From NCBI GenBank assembly GCA_045105515.1, contig JBGCDR010000140.1, positions 1 through 41,041 on the forward strand: a stretch of 41,041 nucleotides of DNA, read 5' to 3'. Both the position numbers and the translations under genes were made by a program. Each line of letters starts with the position of its first letter. The stretch's first letter is position 1. Positions 29,335 through 38,816 of this stretch are shown here, one piece after another. The notes beneath the pieces are model-generated. The model saw only the letters and a list, made by a program, of their open reading frames with translations. It had not been told where the DNA came from and ran no database searches. The DNA comes from Oligoflexales bacterium. GTDB lineage: Bacteria > Bdellovibrionota_B > Oligoflexia > Oligoflexales > Bog-1112.

Positions 29335-30069
29335 ATGTTAATTATTGCCCATAGAGGCGTAACTGAGAATGCCCCTGAGAACAGTTGGTCAGCATTTGAG
29401 CAAGCTGTAAAAATTGGATGTGATCGCATTGAACTTGATATAAGACTAACAAAAGATGATATTCCAATTGTGATGCATGATCATACGTTAAACAGAACCT
29501 GCTCCAAAAACGGAATTGTTTCTAATTTAAACTACAATGAAATCAAATCAATCTATCTAAAAAATGGCGAAAATATCCCTCTTTTTTCAGAAGTATTGGA
29601 GCATTTTGCCCCAAAAATTGAACTCAATGTGGAACTAAAAGGAAATAATGGCAAACTAGCCTCTATAGTTGGTACAATAATCCGAAATTCACCACACAAA
29701 GATCGGATCATCCTCTCTACCTTCTCTGAAAAGCCCCTACTTTATTTACAGCAAAATTTTCCAACACTAAGGAGAGCTGTTCTTTGGGGGTATGATACCT
29801 TGCGCTCTCACCCGCTTTATTTCTTTAACCCTCTATGGTTTTTAAAAAACTGCAAAACCAACATCTTCCACCCTGAAGCTCAGCTCTTAAGTAAAAAATT
29901 GATGTACCGATTGAGTGGCAATGATCTCATGATTTATCCATGGGTACCTATGAAAGGTGAGGAAATACGCCCTCATAAACTATGGGCACAGATGATACAG
30001 CTCAAAGTCAATGGACTTTGTACAAACAAACCCCAGGAGTTAAGAAAGTTTATAGTGAACAAGGATTGA
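29335..30069 (+). CDS. Glycerophosphodiester phosphodiesterase
   Basis: IIAHRG, PENS, IELDI, VMHD, NVELK. TAAGGT RBS before the ATG at 29335. Confidence 0.92.
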   Translation: MLIIAHRGVTENAPENSWSAFEQAVKIGCDRIELDIRLTKDDIPIVMHDHTLNRTCSKNGIVSNLNYNEIKSIYLKNGENIPLFSEVLEHFAPKIELNVELKGNNGKLASIVGTIIRNSPHKDRIILSTFSEKPLLYLQQNFPTLRRAVLWGYDTLRSHPLYFFNPLWFLKNCKTNIFHPEAQLLSKKLMYRLSGNDLMIYPWVPMKGEEIRPHKLWAQMIQLKVNGLCTNKPQELRKFIVNKD

Positions 30070-30074
30070 GGATT

Positions 30075-31004
30075 ATGGATAAGCAAGGTTCACTTGAATT
30101 AGGGCAAGAATGGGAAATCAGCTATGTTGAAACCGATCAGATTACAATCCGCTATGCTGTGTATAAACCTTCAAAAGAAATAAAAAGATTTGTAGTATTG
30201 ATAAATGGTCGCAATGAATTTATAGAAAAATATTCTTATATAACTAGGGACTTACCTTTACCAAGTGATTGTGGTCTCATAACCTGGGATCATAGGGGTC
30301 AAGGAGGCTCAAGCGGTCAAACATCCCACTGCGAATCTTTTAATTCCTACGTCAATGATGCTCACAAAGTTTTAGCTGAAGCGAATTCTGAAAATCTTCC
30401 CTATATTATTCTAGCTCACTCCATGGGAGGCTTGATTAGTATATATGGCATTATCAAAAAGATTTTTACACCAGGCTACCTGCTTTTATCAGCTCCATTT
30501 CTAGGAATGCCAGAAAAACCTCTCCCGCATTTTATCTCTAGACCACTGTCAGAAACACTTACAAATATTAGTCTAGGTAATCAATATGTTCGTTACAAAG
30601 GTGCGATGAAAAAAGAAGAATTTTTCAATAACCAAAAAACCCACTGCCGTCAACGCTATGATCGTATGAAAGCCACTCCTTATGAAGCAAAAAGTGTCAC
30701 TTATGGGTGGGTTAGAGCAGCATTCTTAGCGCTCGACGAAGTGCACCAGTCCGAAAATATCATAAACTTCAGTACTCCTACCCATATCATGGTAGGTGAT
30801 CAGGAAAGTGTTGTTGATATGGATTCCATGCACACTTGGATTAATAAATGCAAACTCAAGAATCCAGAAAATCAGATTGAATTTTCCCTCATCAGGGGAG
30901 CCAAACATGAACTCTTATCCGAGGCAAAGTTTTACTACGACCAAACACTTATGATAATTAATGCAGCTCTGAAAAAATGGTCTCGTTCTTTGGAATCAAA
31001 ATAA
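30075..31004 (+). CDS. Lysophospholipase L2-like alpha/beta hydrolase (PldB-like)
   Basis: GRNEFIEKY, DHRGQGGS, AHSMGG, GAKHEL. GAGG RBS before the ATG at 30075. Confidence 0.85.
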   Translation: MDKQGSLELGQEWEISYVETDQITIRYAVYKPSKEIKRFVVLINGRNEFIEKYSYITRDLPLPSDCGLITWDHRGQGGSSGQTSHCESFNSYVNDAHKVLAEANSENLPYIILAHSMGGLISIYGIIKKIFTPGYLLLSAPFLGMPEKPLPHFISRPLSETLTNISLGNQYVRYKGAMKKEEFFNNQKTHCRQRYDRMKATPYEAKSVTYGWVRAAFLALDEVHQSENIINFSTPTHIMVGDQESVVDMDSMHTWINKCKLKNPENQIEFSLIRGAKHELLSEAKFYYDQTLMIINAALKKWSRSLESK

Positions 31005-31215
31005 TATTCACCAAAAAGCTCGTAGATAACCGCCAAATATATAAAATATTCAAATTAGCGTGATTATTCGATACCATCAGTGCAATGAGGTATGAGTCCA
31101 ATGATTTTATCTATCAGAATACAGATAAAAATTTCAAAAAAATCGCATAGCTCAGAATCGTTGTCATATAATCAACCCTTATCAGAAACTGAAATCACTC
31201 ATAAAGACCTTAGCC

Positions 31216-32535
31216 ATGATAACAAACTACCTGCCATCCTCCTTTGAAGGAAACGGAAGACCAGTCTTTGTAGACGGGGTTAGAAGTGCTTTCGTTAAGT
31301 CGTATGGAGTTTTTGAAGACTGCGACGCTTTAGAATTGTACAGCAGAGTCACTGATGGCCTCTTAAGAAAAATTGGCTTAGACTATGAAATAATTGATGA
31401 AATGATCGCAGGTGCCGTTGTCCCGCAAACCAAGAACCCAAATATTGCCCGAGATACAATCCTTAATTTGGGGTTACCAAGTAAGATAAATGGCTACACG
31501 ATCAATAGAACCTGCGCCTCAAGCCTACAATGCATTATTAATGCCAGCCAAACCATCCGAAGTGGACATCCAAGTTTCATTTTAGCTGGCGGAGTTGAAT
31601 GCCTTAGTGACGTGCCAATTGTCTACTCACGGGCGGCTCGAAAATTTCTAGTGAAGCTGTCGAAGGCCAAATCAGCAACCTCAAAATTGAATATCATCAA
31701 ACACTTTCGAGCCAAAGCATGGTTTCCTAAGCAGCCTGAGTTAACTGAACCCTTAACTGGCTTGAGTATGGGTGATCATGCTGAAATTATGGCTCAATCA
31801 AATGGCTTGGATCGCAAAGAGCAAGATAGGTATGCTTTAGCTTCACACCAAAAAGCTGAATATGCCCAAAAGAATCTAATGTTTGCAGAAGAAATCATAC
31901 CTATTTGGGCACCCCCTCAATACGAGCAGTATATCGACCAAGACAATGCAGTACGATTTGGTCAGACAATCGAGGAGTTTTCTAATCTGAAGCCTATATT
32001 TGACAAGCGTTATGGAAGTGTAACCATCGGTAACGCCTCAAACCTTACAGATGGAGCTTCCGTGTGCTTAATTGCAGATGAAAAGCGAGCTTTTTCAGAG
32101 GGAATGACCCCGAAACTAAGAATTTTGGATTACGATGTAGTTGCTGTTGATCCAAACCAGCAACTTCTGATTGGTCCCGCAATTACCATTCCTAGATTAC
32201 TTATAAGAAACGATCTGCAGCTCTCAGACATCGACAGATTTGAGATTCACGAAGCTTTCTCAGCACAAATAATAAGTTGTATAAGATCAATGGAAAGCCA
32301 AGAATTTTGTGAACGGAACTTCGGAACTTCGATGTCATTTGGATCATTTCCTGAAGACAAGCTAAACGTTAATGGTGGCTCCATCGCTATTGGCCATCCA
32401 TTTGGTGCAACCGGAGTCAGACTCATGAGTACCATAGCAAACGAGCTCAAACGGAGTGATCTTTCTCTGGGAATTGTATCAGTGTGTGCAGCAGGAGCTA
32501 TGGCAGCATCTATCCTAGTTGAGCGAATCTCTTAA
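31216..32535 (+). CDS. fadI: 3-ketoacyl-CoA thiolase FadI
   Basis: PNIARD, RTCASS, HEAF, NVNGGSIAIGHPFGATG, CAAG. Upstream of fadJ. Confidence 0.88.
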   Translation: MITNYLPSSFEGNGRPVFVDGVRSAFVKSYGVFEDCDALELYSRVTDGLLRKIGLDYEIIDEMIAGAVVPQTKNPNIARDTILNLGLPSKINGYTINRTCASSLQCIINASQTIRSGHPSFILAGGVECLSDVPIVYSRAARKFLVKLSKAKSATSKLNIIKHFRAKAWFPKQPELTEPLTGLSMGDHAEIMAQSNGLDRKEQDRYALASHQKAEYAQKNLMFAEEIIPIWAPPQYEQYIDQDNAVRFGQTIEEFSNLKPIFDKRYGSVTIGNASNLTDGASVCLIADEKRAFSEGMTPKLRILDYDVVAVDPNQQLLIGPAITIPRLLIRNDLQLSDIDRFEIHEAFSAQIISCIRSMESQEFCERNFGTSMSFGSFPEDKLNVNGGSIAIGHPFGATGVRLMSTIANELKRSDLSLGIVSVCAAGAMAASILVERIS

Positions 32536-32558
32536 TTTTTACCAGTGGTAATATTGAT

Positions 32559-34736
32559 ATGGAAGAACGCATTTTAAGAAGTAAAGATAAGAATAATATC
32601 ATCACCCTTTGTTTTACAAGACCTTACGGCAAAGAAAACTCGGTGAGCCATGGTTTCTTAGCAAATTTAAACGAAGAACTTGAAGTTATAGCAAATGATA
32701 CCGAGATAAACGGTCTTATTTTTACAAGCAAAAAACTAGATTTTATTTCTGGCTTTGCTATTGACGAACTAAACCAAATAGAAAATTCGGAAGATGCTAC
32801 AGCATTTATTCAAAAATTTCAGAAAATTTGTGACAGAATAGTATGCCTGTCTATTCCAACAGTTGCCGCTATTGATGGCCCGTGCCTAGGATGTGGGCTC
32901 GACATTGCACTTGCGTGTTCATGGAGAGTATGCACTAACGACCCTTCTACTAAGTTGGGTTTTCCCGAAATTAACCTTGGATTGTTACCTGGCGGAGGTG
33001 GTACCCATAGGCTCCCTCAAATCATAGGCTTACAAGCTTCATTAGATATGATTCTCACCGGAAGAAAAGTGTCAGGCAAAAAGGCACTCAAAAGTGGTTT
33101 AGTAGACGCTTGTGTCCCACCTAGCCTACTGCTTCAATATGCTCGTCAGTTATCTCAAAAGCCAAGAAAAAGAAGAGGAACCGGGATCAGTGCCTCTAGC
33201 AATCTCAGTAAAGACCTTCCAAAATGGGCAATTGAAGGCAATCCCATAGGCCGTAAAGTGATGTATAAAAAAACCCGAGATATAGTAGATGAGAAGACTA
33301 AAGGATTCTATCCTGCCTCGTATAAAGCTTTGGAAGCTATATTTGACGGATTTGAAATTTCTCAAAAAGAAGCTGGAAAACTCGCTTCCAAACTATTTGG
33401 AGAGCTACTCTTAACAAGACAAAGCCAAGGCTTATTGCATCTGACCAAAGCAGAACAAAATACTGGCTTGCAGCAATATCAAGATGCAGATCAAGAAAGA
33501 TTTGTTAACCAAGACTTAAAATGTATTGGTGTTGTTGGCGCAGGTCAGATGGGGACCGGTATTTGCGCAGTTTGTGCAGACAAAGACTTACGGGTGTGTA
33601 TTGCAGACCCTAGTAAAGATGCCATAGGAAGAGCTTTAAAATTTGCTAGAAATTTCTTCTCAAAAAAAGTCGACCGCCGTAAAATGCAGACATTCGAGTT
33701 GCAGAAAAAAATGGCTCACATTTCTCCCGGCCTAGAGAGTCTAGGCTACCATAACTGTGATCTGGTCGTAGAAGCAGTATTTGAAGATCTTGAACTCAAA
33801 CAAAGAACCTTACTAGAACTTGAAAAAAATGCTGGGGAAGATTGGATTTTTGCAAGCAATACATCAGCTATCCCAATCAAGAAAATTGCACATGTTGCCC
33901 AGAGACCTGAACGGGTAATAGGTATGCATTTTTTTGCTCCCGTGGAAAAAATGCCATTATTAGAGGTGATTGTTACCGAGGAAACCGCTGATTGGGCCAC
34001 TGCCAGGGTGATAAAATTAGGTCAGAAACTCGGAAAACATGTAATCGTAGTAAAAGATAGCCCTGGTTTTTACACAACTCGGACGCTTGCGTATTACCTT
34101 GCTGAGGCTCTCAAAATTTTGAGTGAGGGTAGTAGTGTTGAAGTTATAGACAAAGCTGCAACAGATTTTGGCTTCCCAATCGGACCCTTAGCTTTGATTG
34201 ATGACATAGGCATTGATGTAACCCTTCACGTCTTAAAAACAGTTGGGGCTGGATTTGACGAGGCACTCATGGGCATTGATGTCCTTGAAACCATCAGTCA
34301 TTCTGGCAGACTTGGAAGAAAAAACAAAAAGGGGTTTTACTTGTATCAAGATAATGAAAGATCCGTTGTAGATCCAGATATTTATAAGGTATGTAAACAA
34401 AAGTCCTCCACTAGAAAACCACATGAAAATGATGAGATTATAGAAAGATGTTTGATGATTTTTGTTAACGAATCAGTATCATGTTTAGAAGAACATATTC
34501 TTACAAAAGCATCAGATGGTGATATCGGAGCAGTCTATGGCTTGGGATTTCCTTCTTTCTGGGGTGGACCATTCAAGTATATAGACTTTCTGGGAGCCCA
34601 CCATGTAGTTGAAGTACTCAATCGGCTTTCTGAGAAGGATGGAGAACGCTTTAAACCATCGTCGCTATTAAAAGAATATGCAATAGAGAACAGAAAATTT
34701 TTTCCCGATGAACCTTGGAAGTATGCGAGGAACTGA
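32559..34736 (+). CDS. fadJ: Fatty acid oxidation complex alpha subunit FadJ (enoyl-CoA hydratase / 3-hydroxyacyl-CoA dehydrogenase)
   Basis: Crotonase domain LGFPEINLGLLPG, GAGQMG, EAVFED, ASNTS, GMHFF..V. Confidence 0.9.
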   Translation: MEERILRSKDKNNIITLCFTRPYGKENSVSHGFLANLNEELEVIANDTEINGLIFTSKKLDFISGFAIDELNQIENSEDATAFIQKFQKICDRIVCLSIPTVAAIDGPCLGCGLDIALACSWRVCTNDPSTKLGFPEINLGLLPGGGGTHRLPQIIGLQASLDMILTGRKVSGKKALKSGLVDACVPPSLLLQYARQLSQKPRKRRGTGISASSNLSKDLPKWAIEGNPIGRKVMYKKTRDIVDEKTKGFYPASYKALEAIFDGFEISQKEAGKLASKLFGELLLTRQSQGLLHLTKAEQNTGLQQYQDADQERFVNQDLKCIGVVGAGQMGTGICAVCADKDLRVCIADPSKDAIGRALKFARNFFSKKVDRRKMQTFELQKKMAHISPGLESLGYHNCDLVVEAVFEDLELKQRTLLELEKNAGEDWIFASNTSAIPIKKIAHVAQRPERVIGMHFFAPVEKMPLLEVIVTEETADWATARVIKLGQKLGKHVIVVKDSPGFYTTRTLAYYLAEALKILSEGSSVEVIDKAATDFGFPIGPLALIDDIGIDVTLHVLKTVGAGFDEALMGIDVLETISHSGRLGRKNKKGFYLYQDNERSVVDPDIYKVCKQKSSTRKPHENDEIIERCLMIFVNESVSCLEEHILTKASDGDIGAVYGLGFPSFWGGPFKYIDFLGAHHVVEVLNRLSEKDGERFKPSSLLKEYAIENRKFFPDEPWKYARN

Positions 34737-37436
34737 TTGCATATCTTGAAATTTTTAGGAGGATTCCTCCTCTATATTCTAGTTGCAATCCATGCTAGAG
34801 GCATGCCTTCTTCTAAGCCAAATCTAGATTTAAAAATTAAGATTAACAGATCTGAGAATGAAATTTCTCTAGCCGGCACAGCAGTATTTTCATTAGGTCA
34901 AGTTAAAGAAAAATGTTTTTACTTACCATATCTTAAGCAACACCAACAGATGCTATACGAACCACTTAAGCATCTTGAAGCTTATATTAACAAAGGTTCT
35001 GGTGAAAGAATCTTGAATCCTAGCACAGAAATCATAGATGCTAACGGAGCAACAGCCGAATTCTTAAATCCGTATATTTTTAAAGTAACGCTCAAACAAA
35101 AAGAACCCTTTAGGATCAACTTTGTAAGTAAAGGGACCAGTGCTGCTAACGACATTTTATTTTCAGGTTTTTACCCACTTCCCTTAAGCACATGTGATCC
35201 AAAGCTGCTCAACGGAAATCCACAAATATTTATTGAAAAAACTTCGATGAATGTCGAATCATTGAATTATAGTCAATGGCTTGCAATTGGACCTGGTTCA
35301 AGCACCAATTCGACCGTTCATTTGATAAAACAACACTACAAATTTGATGCTGATCAGTTTACCATAGCATTAGTAAGAAACCGGAAATTGTACGAACATC
35401 ATGACCATATCAACGGTACAAAAGTTCACCTACTTTTTCGCAATCCTATCAAAAATAGTCTTATTAGAACTATTTACCAAGCATTGAAATCTCATAAAAA
35501 GTGGTTTTCCAACTATCCCTATGACTCTCTTACCATCATAGAAACAGAGAGTCTATTAACAGCAGATCAACCTGGAATAATTGCGATTAATCAACCTAGG
35601 CAACTGGCTTTTAATTATCTACAAGATAGCCTCTTGAATTGGAAACATTGGGTTTTATCAACACTACTAGCCGCACAATGGTATGGGGCAAGCGTTAAGG
35701 CCTTCAATCCCAAAGACCATTGGCTTCTGGGAGGTATATGTGATTTCGCAACTCTTATGTTTCTAAAAATTGATGGAGCTCGCTTCAACTTATTCAACAA
35801 CTATGATTCAGATTTTGATTGGCTTTCGCTTGACTATCTGCAGGTTCAGGATATGACAGCTTCACTCCTATTTAAGGATCTCCCATTCGTGGCTTTGACA
35901 GATTCAAAGCTTATTACTAAGAAATCTAAGCAATCTCAAAGCCCTCTATTATTTATTAAACAAGCACTAACTATGCGTTATCTCGCTTCTATCATGGGAC
36001 CTGAGACATTACAAAATTTTTTGAGGAAATTCACCCAGAAGTCTGCATACAAATCCATCACACCCCTCGACTTTTATGAAGGTCTACAAGACTTACCATA
36101 TGGAATTTCTGGATCTGGAAAACAACACATCGCTCACTATCTAAAATCCTGGTGGAGCTACGAAGGCTGGCCTGATTACAGTGTCGATGAGTTTAGCAAG
36201 ACACAACTCTCTACAGGAAAGTGGTTGGCAAAAGCAGTCGTAAAAAGCCATGGCAGCTTTGACCTGCCAACCCAGATACGATTTGAAGACACAGGAGGCA
36301 GCTACTACTATGTAACCAGTAAACAACCTGATTTGAGTCAAAATCGCTGGTTAATCACAACTATTACTGATTTAGAGCCAATCGATGTTAGTATTGATCC
36401 AAACCATCATATGTACGATAGCAATCGCTTTGATAACCAAGCCTCCACTCCTGGTATAAGTTTGTTTCCAGTTGGTTCTAACACTATTTCAGATAGCTCT
36501 TATACTTCTGTATGGGTTCCTTACTTATTTCGTAGGCCTGGAGAAGCCACTTCAATTGCAATTCAAGCTGCATTATTTCGCTATCTTCAAAGTGGGATAT
36601 TTGGCAAAGTTGAATACTCTCCAGGCAGCAAAAAACTTGCTTTTTTAATGAGTTACGAACATAAATTTACACGGTCGCAGCTAGCATCAGAGTTAGTAAT
36701 CTTGCAGACATATAGTCAGTACCGTACCAGTAAAGTGTCATTGTTTAGCCAACCAAGAAATGCAAATGCAAATTTTAGTGCAGCACTAAGATATAGGCAA
36801 ATTATCGGGATCCAAGAAAGCTATCATCCGACTATAGGCCTAGGCGTAGACTTGAACATTCCTAGCCCGGTGCCAGCATGTAAAATCAGCTCTACTAATG
36901 AAGTAGAGCATGCCCCCTTAAGCAAAGCCGATGGAATTCAATATCATCGAATCACTAGTTTGTGGACCATCCCTTGCACATTGTCGAAAAAGAGCAGCTA
37001 TACATTGCGAAGTTTTCATGGTGCACTAATCAAACATCGCGGATTTATGCCCTATTTTAGCCTTTTCCGGATCAATCAATTGGATGAATTAGGGATCAGA
37101 ATTGATGAAGAAAACCTTCCTCTCTTGAGCAGGGTTGTAGGCCTCAATCAAGATATCCTCTTACCTTTTTGGTTACCTTTTGTCGAAAAAGCTATGATTC
37201 TCAGCAATAGGCTGAAGTTTCGCCTCTTTCACGATATAGGTGGAACAAGTCTAAGGTATAAAGACAGCTACGAAGCTACTGGACTTGGCTTTGTACTTCC
37301 ATTTGGTGGTGATATTGTAGGATTCGGTTCACTTACCATTTCGAAGTTGTCAATACTAGGAATACTTCATTCACGTAAAAACGATCTGATCTCGCGTAAA
37401 CCAAGAATTCTCTTTGACTTAAGCGGCAAGTTCTAA
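34737..37436 (+). CDS. Secreted M1-aminopeptidase-like protein lacking Zn ligands, with a probable C-terminal beta-barrel
   Basis: Signal peptide, YPYDSLTIIE, TLLAAQWYG (for HExxHQW), WLLGG (for WLxEG), FLRKF, IDP....D.NRFDN, C-terminal ...FDLSGKF. Confidence 0.65.
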   Translation: MHILKFLGGFLLYILVAIHARGMPSSKPNLDLKIKINRSENEISLAGTAVFSLGQVKEKCFYLPYLKQHQQMLYEPLKHLEAYINKGSGERILNPSTEIIDANGATAEFLNPYIFKVTLKQKEPFRINFVSKGTSAANDILFSGFYPLPLSTCDPKLLNGNPQIFIEKTSMNVESLNYSQWLAIGPGSSTNSTVHLIKQHYKFDADQFTIALVRNRKLYEHHDHINGTKVHLLFRNPIKNSLIRTIYQALKSHKKWFSNYPYDSLTIIETESLLTADQPGIIAINQPRQLAFNYLQDSLLNWKHWVLSTLLAAQWYGASVKAFNPKDHWLLGGICDFATLMFLKIDGARFNLFNNYDSDFDWLSLDYLQVQDMTASLLFKDLPFVALTDSKLITKKSKQSQSPLLFIKQALTMRYLASIMGPETLQNFLRKFTQKSAYKSITPLDFYEGLQDLPYGISGSGKQHIAHYLKSWWSYEGWPDYSVDEFSKTQLSTGKWLAKAVVKSHGSFDLPTQIRFEDTGGSYYYVTSKQPDLSQNRWLITTITDLEPIDVSIDPNHHMYDSNRFDNQASTPGISLFPVGSNTISDSSYTSVWVPYLFRRPGEATSIAIQAALFRYLQSGIFGKVEYSPGSKKLAFLMSYEHKFTRSQLASELVILQTYSQYRTSKVSLFSQPRNANANFSAALRYRQIIGIQESYHPTIGLGVDLNIPSPVPACKISSTNEVEHAPLSKADGIQYHRITSLWTIPCTLSKKSSYTLRSFHGALIKHRGFMPYFSLFRINQLDELGIRIDEENLPLLSRVVGLNQDILLPFWLPFVEKAMILSNRLKFRLFHDIGGTSLRYKDSYEATGLGFVLPFGGDIVGFGSLTISKLSILGILHSRKNDLISRKPRILFDLSGKF

Positions 37437-38002
37437 GAAGATTTAAGCAATCGCCCATAAAGTAGCTCCAAACCCGCAAACACCTGAACTGCCAATAAAC
37501 CACTGGCTAGCCCCACAAAAAACCCAAAGAGAACATCAAAAGGGAAGTGAACTCCTAAGTAAACCCTTGTAATTCCTACAAATATTGCTAAAGGGTAGAG
37601 GGTAAGGATCCAACGCTGTCTCACAAACCAATGCAAACTGACCGCTATGGCAAAACCATTAGCAGCATGATTTGAGGGAAAACCAAACTCACTGCCACAA
37701 CTGTCAGATACCAATCTGACATTTTCAAGTTGGTAGCAAGGTCTTTGCCTTTTGAACCAAGGCTTTAAAACTCTAAAACACACCATATCAGAAATTAATA
37801 CTGCAATTGCCAAAACTGCACAGAACTTTTTTAGAACTGCTGACTTACGAATAAAAGCGTAGATTAATAAGAGGATGCTACATGCTATCCAAATTTTTTC
37901 ATCTGAAAAAAACCGCATAACCCCATCAAAAGAGGTGCTACCCAACCCGGTATTGATAATTTCGAAACAAGCAATATCAAATTTTGTCAATTCTGCAAGC
38001 AT
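37433..38002 (-). CDS. PAP2-family membrane phosphatase
   Basis: KPWFKRQRP, FPSNH, TRVYLGVHFPFDV. Confidence 0.93.
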   Translation of the reverse strand: MLAELTKFDIACFEIINTGLGSTSFDGVMRFFSDEKIWIACSILLLIYAFIRKSAVLKKFCAVLAIAVLISDMVCFRVLKPWFKRQRPCYQLENVRLVSDSCGSEFGFPSNHAANGFAIAVSLHWFVRQRWILTLYPLAIFVGITRVYLGVHFPFDVLFGFFVGLASGLLAVQVFAGLELLYGRLLKSS

Positions 38003-38096
38003 TTATAGTCCTCATAAACTTTTTGACCACTTAGCTAAAACTACTTCATTTTCGTCTCTGAGTGAAGACTAATAGCAAAGGAAACCTACAAGCATA

Positions 38097-38645
38097 CTAT
38101 AATCCTGGCAGGTTATCATGAATTTGATTTAAGAAATTTTTATTGAGAGGTTCGTGACTCTGTTCCAAATGAATAGGAATTTTATTAAAGGGTATAGTAG
38201 GTTCCTTATGTCTTCCGGAAATTTTCAATGCTCCAAGATCCAAAATGCTTTTTCTATTATTTCTGGTTTTTTCTTGTTTTAAGACTTTTTCTTCAAGCTC
38301 CCCAATGCCAATGCCAGGCTGCCGGCTATTCATCATATCCTTTTTTTTTGTTTCTGACTGCTTCACTATTTTCTGATTTTTATTATTCTCGTTATTATGA
38401 TCTTCTTCAATGACTACTATCGTTTTCTTGGGTTCTTTGACTTTATCAAGATCCAGTTCAGGATCTCTAAAAATAACACCTCTCGCCTCTGATTTTTTAC
38501 CCTTTTTTGGTTTTTTTTGGATTTCTAGCGACCCGTACTTTCCATCTTGGCTACCTAGATAAACTCGCTCACCAATTGGTGGAAGCTCATTCGCGAAACA
38601 ACTTGCTATGGAAAGAGTAGGTAAGAGAACAAGTAAATAATTCAT
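38097..38645 (-). CDS. Secreted hypothetical protein with a CglF/GltF-like C-terminus
   Basis: Signal-like MNYLLVLLPTLSIASCFA, Lys-rich middle, ILDLGALKISGRHKEP...NFLNQI. Start may instead be 38723. Confidence 0.55.
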   Translation of the reverse strand: MNYLLVLLPTLSIASCFANELPPIGERVYLGSQDGKYGSLEIQKKPKKGKKSEARGVIFRDPELDLDKVKEPKKTIVVIEEDHNNENNKNQKIVKQSETKKKDMMNSRQPGIGIGELEEKVLKQEKTRNNRKSILDLGALKISGRHKEPTIPFNKIPIHLEQSHEPLNKNFLNQIHDNLPGL

Positions 38646-38816
38646 AGCTATTGAATAATTTTTGCTGAAAGTCCACATAACTAACCTTATTATTCTCTTT
38701 GCTTCACTTTGTCGGGTCGGCATTTTGTACTTGCTACTTAAGTAACATTAAACTCATAATCTATTTGGCCGATGACGACTAGAGTTGGATGAACCTATTT
38801 TTGGCAATATTTCTAT

